From Deltaproteobacteria bacterium (GTDB taxonomy: Bacteria > CG2-30-53-67): 43,089 bases of DNA. Numbering within the stretch: position 1 is the stretch's first letter; every line of letters starts with the position of its first letter. The notes under the pieces are model-generated. The model was not told the origin of the DNA and did not search any database. It was given only the letters and a program-made list of their open reading frames with translations. Shown here piece by piece: positions 1 to 7,308 of this stretch. Where the stretch lies: NCBI GenBank assembly GCA_013151235.1, contig JAADIO010000031.1, forward strand, positions 1 to 43,089, written 5' to 3'. A program made the translations under genes and the position numbers.

Positions 1-78
1 TTTATAGTTATGCGATATTGCCGTCTCTTTTGAGGTCACACTAGTAGTAGTCGATGTTTTCGTCTGAGTACTACTCAT
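1..78 (-). CDS. Partial hypothetical protein (N-terminus MSSTQTKTSTTTSVTSKETAISHNYK..., runs off the window edge)
   Basis: ATG at 78 overlaps the upstream stop (ATGAGTAG) and follows a GAGGGGG SD; frame is open to position 1. Confidence 0.6.
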   Translation of the reverse strand, partial: MSSTQTKTSTTTSVTSKETAISHNYK

Positions 79-706
79 CGTCGTCCCCCTCTAATTTTAG
101 GTTGAACATTGAATTAAGAAGTTCTTTGGTTAATGTAATCATCCCTGATGACCGACTAAGCCATGTAGTTAGTTCTTCGACCTTGGTTGATGAACGATGA
201 AAATTGAAGAGCAGGAATCCAGAAATGTCTTCACTTTGATGGATTTCAATATTTAGAATTCCTTCATTCCATGTGATTGAGCGCTTCATCACTTTACCAA
301 CTATACTATAGTTGGCATCTGAAAGTTTCTCATCGAGCGACATAGTTAATAACTCAAGCAGTTCTTCTGGTAATGAATCAATTTTGAACCGTAAATTTAT
401 TCCGGCTGCATTCATGGGTGTTTCGGGTAATGATTGTATTCCTTGAATACAAATGGACGCAGCCTTGTCGAGTCCATCCGGGGTTGGATCATTGGGCGCA
501 ATAACAAGACGACTGTTTGAAGGTACAACTGTTATGTCATTGTAAACAACGCGGATCGGAGCCTGTTGTTCGAGAGGTACCTGTATCTCGACAAGTTTAT
601 TCGATTCGAGTTGGAACAGGCGTTTTGCAATCCCCTCAGGAGTAAGGATTGCGATATTCCATGCCCCTGGAACCACTACATTCCAATCTACCGGAACTAT
701 AGACAT
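71..706 (-). CDS. Island-borne hypothetical protein (~211 aa; GxWNxxILTP and TPxxAxGIN motifs, reminiscent of TIGR04255-like proteins)
   Basis: Long ORF in AT-rich DNA; ATG at 706 preceded by AAGGGGAAG; family resemblance recalled from memory only. Confidence 0.7.
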   Translation of the reverse strand: MSIVPVDWNVVVPGAWNIAILTPEGIAKRLFQLESNKLVEIQVPLEQQAPIRVVYNDITVVPSNSRLVIAPNDPTPDGLDKAASICIQGIQSLPETPMNAAGINLRFKIDSLPEELLELLTMSLDEKLSDANYSIVGKVMKRSITWNEGILNIEIHQSEDISGFLLFNFHRSSTKVEELTTWLSRSSGMITLTKELLNSMFNLKLEGDDDE

Positions 707-1168
707 TCTTGACTTCCCCTTTGCGGGCAATCTTTTCGTTTTTAACTATGCGGCATAACACCTAACTACACGAAGGTGATCCTCAGCCGCAACCAATTCA
801 CTGCGGCATAGATCCAGTTCTCATAGTAACATTTCAGTGCATATTCGCGATGTACTTTTTGAAGTACGTCGAAATTTACTCCAATATCACATTCACGTCA
901 ACACGAATATTGCAGTGACGACTCGTGATTGGCCAAAATAATATTGTGCCATATATCATTAAGATGCAAAGCTGAGAGTTCAGACAATGATGTTGGAATG
1001 AGTATTCAAAAAAGACCAGAATAGGGTGTGCAATGTAGACCGGGATAAGTAGCCCCACCCACAGGCCGCCTTTTTTATCGCGCCAGAAAGTCACCAGCCA
1101 CCACCCAGCATTTGCAAGGCTTTGCGACAGGGGTGGTACACCACTGACCAACATTTTATGACAACACG

Positions 1169-1246
1169 TAAGTCATTGAAAAGGCAGGTGTGACACACCG
1201 GTGACACACCGTTTGGGGGGTGGCGATTGGAGTTAAGTGTTTGATT
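1169..1246 (-). promoter_or_regulatory. att-site arm region: two IHF-type sites flanking tandem direct repeats
   Basis: AATCAAACACTTA (1246-1234) matches WATCAANNNNTTR exactly; TTTCAATGACTTA (1181-1169) has 1 mismatch; GTGACACACCG twice at 1190-1211. Confidence 0.6.
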
Positions 1247-1260
1247 TATTTATGATTTTA

Positions 1261-1337
1261 TGGTGGCGGTGGCTGGACTCGAACCAGCGACGCTACGGAT
1301 ATGAGCCGTATGCTCTGACCGACTGAGCTACACCGCC
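1261..1337 (-). tRNA. tRNA-Met(CAT), elongator type
   Basis: GGCGGTGTAGCTCAGTCGGTCAGAGCA-TACGG CTCATAT CCGTA-...GTTCGAGTCCAGCCACCGCCACCA; cloverleaf, CAT anticodon, encoded CCA, paired G1-C72, lacks the initiator GGG/CCC anticodon stem (Ile2 not formally excluded). Confidence 0.93.
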
Positions 1338-1356
1338 GTACCGGATGGAGATGGGT

Positions 1357-1385
1357 AAGCTAATGGATTCTTTCGGGAATGTCAA
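1357..1385 (-). promoter_or_regulatory. sigma70-type promoter of tRNA-Met
   Basis: TTGACA-17 bp-TAGCTT. Confidence 0.6.
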
Positions 1386-1420
1386 GATTTTTCGGTCCTG
1401 TGTGTTGCACCGGCGTGCTA

Positions 1421-2347
1421 CTACTGGATGTTTTTACGGATATCCTCGCCGAGAAGATTGAGCAGGGCATCAAGCTTTTGCCGGATCAACTGGCGGACCA
1501 TGAAAGGTGAAGCGGTCCTTTTTATCATCAATTCACCCTCCCGGATGCCTAACAGTGCGGCATCGCTGGATCGAATCGCCCGGACCCAGATTTTGACGGA
1601 GAAATCTTCTTCAAAGGCCGGCATCTCCGACTCTTTGGCCGTGCGGATCTCGACAAGTCCCAGCACCACGGCATCGGCACTCAGGCGCCTCCCCTGAAGC
1701 GCTGTCAAACGGTTATTCACTCGCAGTTTCTCAAAACTGTTGGGGCTTTCTTCGCTCGCAACGGGATCCCGGATAATCTCAAATCCTCTCGTCCGGTACT
1801 GCTGAGCGGCAAAGCGGGTGAAATCTTCTTTATTTCCCATCAGGCGGTTAGGCACACCTTGGTCGATTCGTGTCTGAATAAAGAGCGCCAGGGCAAGGGT
1901 TTTGCCTTCATAGCGGATCAAGCCGACTTCCGCAAGCTTCCGTTTAATCTTCTCTTCGGAAACTCCGGCTTCGACTTCAACCTTGTAAAGATTATCCTCC
2001 CGCCGGTCGAAAAGAATTCGGTAGCGGTCTATGTACTCCATTGGATCGTGTGAAAGGATCTCCTTCAGGGCATCGTTGTAACGGGAGAGGGTCGAAAAAT
2101 AGAAGAGTCCGGCCACGGTTTCTTCCACAGCGCCGGAAAAGGCCTTCTTGAGGGCTTGATCTCTTGCGGCATTGACATCCTTTTGCAGGATGACGCCGAT
2201 CCCGGTACTTTGTACGGTCTTGAGGGCTGATGCCGATTGAGGGAACACAAAAAAAAGAAGAACAAAGAGGCATACGCACCCGAAAGAAACCCCGTTCTTT
2301 CTTTTACCCCGGAGGATGGCGCAAGATTTTTTAAAAGGTTCAACCAT
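1421..2347 (-). CDS. Exported protein with an FlgT N-terminal/LPP20-like domain
   Basis: Signal-peptide-like N-terminus (..LFVLLFFVFPQSASA) followed by GxG..D...ARDQAL...AVE pattern; the ORF extension to 2473 lies in MITE DNA, so ATG 2347 was chosen. Confidence 0.65.
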   Translation of the reverse strand: MVEPFKKSCAILRGKRKNGVSFGCVCLFVLLFFVFPQSASALKTVQSTGIGVILQKDVNAARDQALKKAFSGAVEETVAGLFYFSTLSRYNDALKEILSHDPMEYIDRYRILFDRREDNLYKVEVEAGVSEEKIKRKLAEVGLIRYEGKTLALALFIQTRIDQGVPNRLMGNKEDFTRFAAQQYRTRGFEIIRDPVASEESPNSFEKLRVNNRLTALQGRRLSADAVVLGLVEIRTAKESEMPAFEEDFSVKIWVRAIRSSDAALLGIREGELMIKRTASPFMVRQLIRQKLDALLNLLGEDIRKNIQ

Positions 2348-2510
2348 GATGGTGTCGTAAAAAGTCACGAAGCCCTTCGACCCTTCGACCAGCTCAGGAC
2401 AGGCGTGCTCAGGGCGAACGGTGTAAGTGATTGATATTTTGATATTCCGTTCGTGGTGAGCCTGTCGAACCATGAACGGAATCCGGAAAACGACTTTTTA
2501 CGACTTCATC
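2348..2510. mobile_element. MITE copy 1 (163 bp) with internal REP-like palindromes
   Basis: TIRs GATGGTGTCGTAAAAAGTC / GACTTTTTACGACTTCATC; flanking duplication AACCAT (2342-2347, 2511-2516); near-identical copy at 24282-24452. Confidence 0.88.
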
Positions 2511-3492
2511 AACCATTAAGCATCTCCACGAAGGCTTCGAGCCGAATCCGGGTCCGCTGGTCCAGTCCCCCCGGTTTATCCCCCTCCAGCGTCAGGACCG
2601 GCACTTCCAGCCGTTTCCGGAAGAGGATATCCTCAATCTGCCGGAAGCAGAAGGCCTGGGCATAATGAATGATCCCGTGAATCTTCCTCTGTCGAATCTG
2701 TCCCTGCACATCCTCCAGCCGCCCATAGATACTGTAGGGATAGGTATAGATGAGATACTGCTCAACGAGATCCGCCGCTTCAAAAGGCATGGCAAACTGC
2801 CTCTGCACTTCGTTATAGACAACCCGTCCTCCCATCTCCTCGATCGCCTCATAGAGTCCGTTGATAATCGGAGGAACACCAATGAACCCGATTCGGGGTC
2901 CATCGGGAAAGGGCTTTCGCTGCGCCACTTCCGCAAGAAAGCGGTCGAGCTCAGATTCGTAGGTCACTGGGTCTCCACGAAAGTCACTGGCGCAGACCTG
3001 GTAGTAATGATTTTCCTGCCCGGTGACCCGGTTTCCTTCCCAGGTTTCCCGATCGATCTTTCGGATCTTTCCCCGGAGGGACAAAAGCTTTTTCCGGACC
3101 GATTCCGCGGCCTCCAGGGTGGTCCCAAAATGTCCGGCCGTCTTCTCCATTTGCAGACGGAGCAGGTCCGGGTCCCGGTCGTAGGGATAGGCAAAGGGGA
3201 AGATGCGGATCCCCTCTTCTTCAAAGATCTCCATGAGGGCATGGGTGTTGCTGCAATCCCCTTGGGTAACGGCGATGACTTCCTCAAGTCCTTCTTTGCG
3301 GGCCGCCGAATAGATCCCCTTGATCCACCCGCAGGTGTTTCGAGGAAACCCGCGTTCCTCCGCCTCTTCCACACGGCTGCAAGGATCGGGATCCTCGATA
3401 AAAATATTGTTCAGGTCCACCGGCGTCCGGCCTGCGGCCAGAAGAATCTCCACGGGGATGCTTGTCGTAAACCCGACCGGTTCGTTTTGCAT
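2509..3492 (-). CDS. 2-hydroxyacyl-CoA dehydratase family protein (HgdB/FldC-like D component)
   Basis: GFPRNTCGWIKG, QGDCSNT, QAFCFR and C-terminal TRIRLEAFVEML motifs; start may be TTG 3528. Confidence 0.8.
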   Translation of the reverse strand: MQNEPVGFTTSIPVEILLAAGRTPVDLNNIFIEDPDPCSRVEEAEERGFPRNTCGWIKGIYSAARKEGLEEVIAVTQGDCSNTHALMEIFEEEGIRIFPFAYPYDRDPDLLRLQMEKTAGHFGTTLEAAESVRKKLLSLRGKIRKIDRETWEGNRVTGQENHYYQVCASDFRGDPVTYESELDRFLAEVAQRKPFPDGPRIGFIGVPPIINGLYEAIEEMGGRVVYNEVQRQFAMPFEAADLVEQYLIYTYPYSIYGRLEDVQGQIRQRKIHGIIHYAQAFCFRQIEDILFRKRLEVPVLTLEGDKPGGLDQRTRIRLEAFVEMLNG

Positions 3493-3611
3493 GAAGGTTA
3501 AATTACATGAACCATAAGAAGCTGTCAACTTTCTCCTTACGTCTGATTAAAAGAGCAAGATCTTTCTCTCCGCCGACACCCATCGGGTGATCAGACATCA
3601 TCCCTTGTCAA

Positions 3612-4124
3612 TCACCGCCCGGTTCCTCTACTGTCGCATGAATGATCCGGAGAGAAGAGGGTATGCTGCCGGATCATTTCGTAGGAAACAATGGCGACGG
3701 CATTTGAAAGGTTTAAAGATCTCATCCGACCGGTCATGGGGATGGTAATCGTATGGTCGGCGTTCGCCCGGAGCAAGTCCTCGGGAAGCCCTTTCGTCTC
3801 CTTTCCAAAGACCAGGAAATCCCCTTCCCGATAGGTAACGTCGGTATAGTACCGTTTTCCCTTTCGGGAGGCATAGAAGAAGCGTCCTTCGGGATAGGCC
3901 TCCTGCAACTCGGTCAGAGAATCATGGTAATGAAGATCGAGGTATTCCCAGTAATCAAGCCCGGCCCGGCGCAGGTGCTTTTCATCGGTCCGGAACCCGA
4001 GTTTCCCCACAAGATGAAGGGTGGCCCCCACGCCGACGGAGAGACGGGCGATATTGCCCGTATTGGGGGGGATCTCCGGTTCCACCAGAACGATATGAAA
4101 ACGGGGCAGTCTCAGAGTCGTCAT
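3612..4124 (-). CDS. trmL: tRNA (cytidine/uridine-34 2'-O)-methyltransferase
   Basis: PEIPPNTGNIAR, RRAGLDYW, FGKETKGLP and RSLNLSNAV SPOUT motifs. Confidence 0.93.
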   Translation of the reverse strand: MTTLRLPRFHIVLVEPEIPPNTGNIARLSVGVGATLHLVGKLGFRTDEKHLRRAGLDYWEYLDLHYHDSLTELQEAYPEGRFFYASRKGKRYYTDVTYREGDFLVFGKETKGLPEDLLRANADHTITIPMTGRMRSLNLSNAVAIVSYEMIRQHTLFSPDHSCDSRGTGR

Positions 4125-4271
4125 ATGCAGATTCTTTCCCTCCGGTCAGGCAGATAAATATGGACGAAAATTATAGCCGGGCCGTGCGGGAAAAAACAAG
4201 GAAAAAGGAAGACCGCACAGAGACAAGGCGGAAAATATGCGCTCTCGGTGATCGCTTTTGCAAGAGAAACA

Positions 4272-4301
4272 TTGACGGATTTGAGGTGATGGGGTTAAAA
4301 T
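4272..4301 (+). promoter_or_regulatory. Putative sigma70 promoter of the HD-GYP gene
   Basis: TTGACG-18 bp-TAAAAT upstream of AAGGAG SD and GTG start. Confidence 0.5.
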
Positions 4302-4333
4302 TTTAATAGGAGCCGGAAAAAAAGGAGAATATC

Positions 4334-5293
4334 GTGCTGGATTTGAGTACTCCCTTTGTCATGCGGGAAGATTTATATGCCTGTGACGGGACCTTGATTT
4401 TGCGTCAGGGCGAGATCCTCACCAAGCGGGTAATCAATGAAATACAAAAGAGCGCCAAAATGAGAACCCCGGAGGCATCCCCGGTAAAGAACTCAGAGGT
4501 TCTTGACGATTACCGGGCTGTTATGGAAGAAGAGAATTATCACGTCATCTTTTCGAATGATGCCGTCAAGGAGGAAGTGCTCGGTATCGTAGGTGAAATC
4601 TCTTTGATCCGGGAAGTCTATCAGGAACTGGAACTCTGCAAGGTCATGGATCACTATACCTACCGGCATATCCTGATCACATCGCTTCTCACAACCCTGC
4701 TGGCAAAAGACTCTTTCTCCGACCTGCAAGAGGTTCTCCAGGCGGGATCAGCCGCGCTGACCCACGATTTCGGCAAATCCCGTATCCCCATTGAGGTTCT
4801 TCAATCCGCCCGGAAGTTGGATTACGACGAATTCCTCTATATCCTGGAACACCCCTGGATCAGTTTTCTTCTTTTAACCTACTATACGGGAGAAGCGGAA
4901 GCGCTCCACTCGCTGGTGGCCTTCAATCATCATGAAAAGATCGACGGTTCCGGTTATCCACGCGGAATCAAGATCGAAGATCCGATCATTCGTCTGGTGA
5001 CAATATGCGACATGTTCGATGCCCTCATCTCCCCCCGGACCTACCGTGTCGATCCCTTCAATGTACGTGGAGCACTCGATTTTCTCTATGAGGAGGCCAC
5101 TTTCGGACGTCTCGATATGACCTTCGTAAAATTCCTGATTTCCCACAACCGTAATGTCAAAATGCCGGTCGATTCGTTGATCATCTCCCAGGACAATACC
5201 GGCTACCGCCCTCCCTCTGAAAAGAACAATTACAGTTGCCACCAGGATTACGAGGAGCCGGACTGGGAAGATGGATCCGCCAATACCGCCTAA
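4334..5293 (+). CDS. HD-GYP domain cyclic-dinucleotide phosphodiesterase family protein
   Basis: HDFGK, HHEKIDGSGYPRG and CDMFDALISPRTYR motifs. Confidence 0.88.
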   Translation: MLDLSTPFVMREDLYACDGTLILRQGEILTKRVINEIQKSAKMRTPEASPVKNSEVLDDYRAVMEEENYHVIFSNDAVKEEVLGIVGEISLIREVYQELELCKVMDHYTYRHILITSLLTTLLAKDSFSDLQEVLQAGSAALTHDFGKSRIPIEVLQSARKLDYDEFLYILEHPWISFLLLTYYTGEAEALHSLVAFNHHEKIDGSGYPRGIKIEDPIIRLVTICDMFDALISPRTYRVDPFNVRGALDFLYEEATFGRLDMTFVKFLISHNRNVKMPVDSLIISQDNTGYRPPSEKNNYSCHQDYEEPDWEDGSANTA

Positions 5294-5298
5294 CCCCA

Positions 5299-5853
5299 TC
5301 AGGGCCAGTAAGGATAGTAAGGAAAATAGTAGGGGTAACGATAATAATAGGGGCCGTAGAAATAAGGATCGTACCACCCGTAAGGAGGATAGGAACTCTC
5401 CTCTTGCACCGGCCAGAGGCGAATCTTGGTCACCGTGATGACCGGATAGCCGTAACGGATCTCACCTAAAGCACGTTCCTCTTTCCCACTCACAACTCCC
5501 AGCACCGTCACACGACGGTCTTTGCTGTACACCTTTGTTTCCAGATATCCCTTATACAGTGCAATGAATCGTCCGTACGATTCATCCACCTCCCGAGGCT
5601 CGTCTCCTCGATCCAGAGGCTTCTGGAGAATTGTAATCTCCGTTCCCTGTGGCCGGTTCACAGCGGAGAGGATGACGCCTCCCAGAACGACCAAGGTCCC
5701 CCGGTAGTATTCCGGGTTCTGCACCAGTTGCGAAAAAGAGACACTGCGGTTTACCCGCCCCCGGAGTTCCGGAGGTACGACAGGAGCGGCACATCCCGCT
5801 GCGTAGATTATCAGGGCAAAAAAAGGAAACAGACGAGAGAGACAACGCTTCAT
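5299..5853 (-). CDS. Slp family outer-membrane lipoprotein
   Basis: Lipobox AAGC; V.LGG.I...N....T, P..D.S.GRF, R.VTV.G and Y.YP motifs; Tyr/Pro-rich tail. Confidence 0.85.
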   Translation of the reverse strand: MKRCLSRLFPFFALIIYAAGCAAPVVPPELRGRVNRSVSFSQLVQNPEYYRGTLVVLGGVILSAVNRPQGTEITILQKPLDRGDEPREVDESYGRFIALYKGYLETKVYSKDRRVTVLGVVSGKEERALGEIRYGYPVITVTKIRLWPVQEESSYPPYGWYDPYFYGPYYYRYPYYFPYYPYWP

Positions 5854-5888
5854 GACCCCTCCTCCTTCCCGGGGAAACCGGAATATCC

Positions 5889-6296
5889 CTACGGCAACAG
5901 AGCCCGGAATTCATCCAGGTCCTTGACTTCATCGAGGAGAATCTTGTTGATCGTATCGTACATGTACTCATGCTCGCTGAGCAACGGCAGCAGCTCCCGG
6001 TAGATGCCGATGGCCTGCTCTTCTCTTACGATATTGTTGCGGATCATCTCATCCGGAGTCCGCCCGACCTCAACCGGCTCCACGCTTTCCGCCGGGTCTC
6101 CTCCCAGATTAACGACCATCTCCGCCAGCAGTTTTGCATGCCCCAATTCCACATCGGCCTCGGCAGCCAGGAACTGACTCAAGGCAAGGGTGCTGTAGCC
6201 CCGTACCTTCAGGGATTGATAAAAATACTGGATAAACGCCTGATACTCCAACGCCACAGCCTTGTTCATCAGAGTAATCACTCGCTCGGTCTCCAT
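5889..6296 (-). CDS. Ferritin-like (bacterioferritin-related) four-helix bundle protein
   Basis: ALEYQAFIQY, ELGHA...LGGDP, EEQAIGIY and ILLDE; AGGAGG SD before ATG 6296. Confidence 0.8.
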   Translation of the reverse strand: METERVITLMNKAVALEYQAFIQYFYQSLKVRGYSTLALSQFLAAEADVELGHAKLLAEMVVNLGGDPAESVEPVEVGRTPDEMIRNNIVREEQAIGIYRELLPLLSEHEYMYDTINKILLDEVKDLDEFRALLP

Positions 6297-6335
6297 CTCC
6301 ACCTCCTTTTATTACAGTCCAATACGGATAAAAAC

Positions 6336-6364
6336 AATATACCGAAGGTCCCCGATTTTGTCCA
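6336..6364 (-). promoter_or_regulatory. Putative promoter of the ferritin-like/slp operon
   Basis: TGGACA-17 bp-TATATT. Confidence 0.45.
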
Positions 6365-6519
6365 ATCGATACAGGATTACTGCGTATGTGGAATAATCAG
6401 GTTACGTTGTTGTAGGAATCAAAAAAAAGTGCTATAGTTCTTGAAATCAAACGCCCGTTGCGGTACTGTTACACAAAAGCAACATCCACTGTGGTATTTG
6501 GCAGCGGGGCTGATGCAAG

Positions 6520-7308
6520 TTGAAGGATGACGTGAAAAGATCATGTAATGTGAAAGAGGATTTCGACAAAAACAGGTCGTCGGAAACCGCTTCATTCATG
6601 GAATTTGATCGGGCGAAGTTGCCGGAAATGGATGCCGTGATTTCCGCGCTCTCTCATGATCTCCGGTCTCCGTTGAACACGATTATCGGGTTCTCCGAGA
6701 TCCTGTTAAGCAAGCGGATCGGTAAACTGAACGCAAAGCAACAGAAACAGATCGGAATCATTCTGAGACGAGGGAACCTTCTTCTTTCGATGCTTGATCA
6801 ACTGATCGACTACACGAAAGTAATCCGCCGGGAGCAGCCGCTTCGACCGGCATCACTGGCATTAAATGTTTTGCTGACCTCTATCGTAGAGCAAATCCGA
6901 ACGAACCGGCCGCCCGAGGCGCCCCCTCTTGTCTATCGGCCGGCGAAAGGCTCTTATCGAATCAAAGGCGATGAACGAAAATTGCATAGAACCCTGATGC
7001 AGATCATCCGGGAGGGTGATGAGTTCTTTCAACCTCGGGAAATCCGCATCTCTCTTGGCAAGATCCGGAACGATGGGAAGAAGTCGACACGAGAGAATTT
7101 TCGAATCCGTATCCAATTCCTCGGCCGGGACATGATGGACATCCGGGAGTTACCGCCATTCAATGACAACCGCAAGATCCCAGGGAAAACAAAGTTTGCA
7201 TGGCACCTGGCTGATTTCTATATAGGATTAATGAAAGGGAAACTGGGGATTTCCCGGAAAAGAGGCTCCATTGACTTTACTGTAGACTTTTGTGAGGAAG
7301 AAAAATGA
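6520..7308 (+). CDS. Sensorless histidine-kinase-like protein: intact HisKA/DHp domain, degenerate HATPase domain
   Basis: SHDLRSPLNTIIGFSE H-box; N, G1 and G2 boxes not recognisable; start uncertain (6520, 6598 or 6628); ATGA overlap with the next gene. Confidence 0.75.
   Translation: MKDDVKRSCNVKEDFDKNRSSETASFMEFDRAKLPEMDAVISALSHDLRSPLNTIIGFSEILLSKRIGKLNAKQQKQIGIILRRGNLLLSMLDQLIDYTKVIRREQPLRPASLALNVLLTSIVEQIRTNRPPEAPPLVYRPAKGSYRIKGDERKLHRTLMQIIREGDEFFQPREIRISLGKIRNDGKKSTRENFRIRIQFLGRDMMDIRELPPFNDNRKIPGKTKFAWHLADFYIGLMKGKLGISRKRGSIDFTVDFCEEEK

Larger units (their letters stand above)
1..1260. mobile_element. End of a genomic island integrated at the tRNA-Met 3' end
   Basis: Abrupt shift to AT-richer sequence immediately after the tRNA CCA; IHF-consensus sites and tandem 11-bp repeats next to the tRNA; no integrase within the window. 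Confidence 0.7.

Noticed and set aside
876-1154. 92-aa ORF in the island end
   Set aside because: TTG start, no SD, no recognisable features, and it abuts att-arm DNA; probably spurious.
2348-2473. N-terminal extension of ORF 1421-2473 and small ORFs crossing the repeats (2237-2434, 2453-2665, 24096-24368, 24273-24536)
   Set aside because: These translate MITE sequence; the same peptide text appears at both copies.
5299-5395. Tyr/Pro-rich low-complexity repeat
   Set aside because: Ordinary C-terminal tail of Slp-family lipoproteins.
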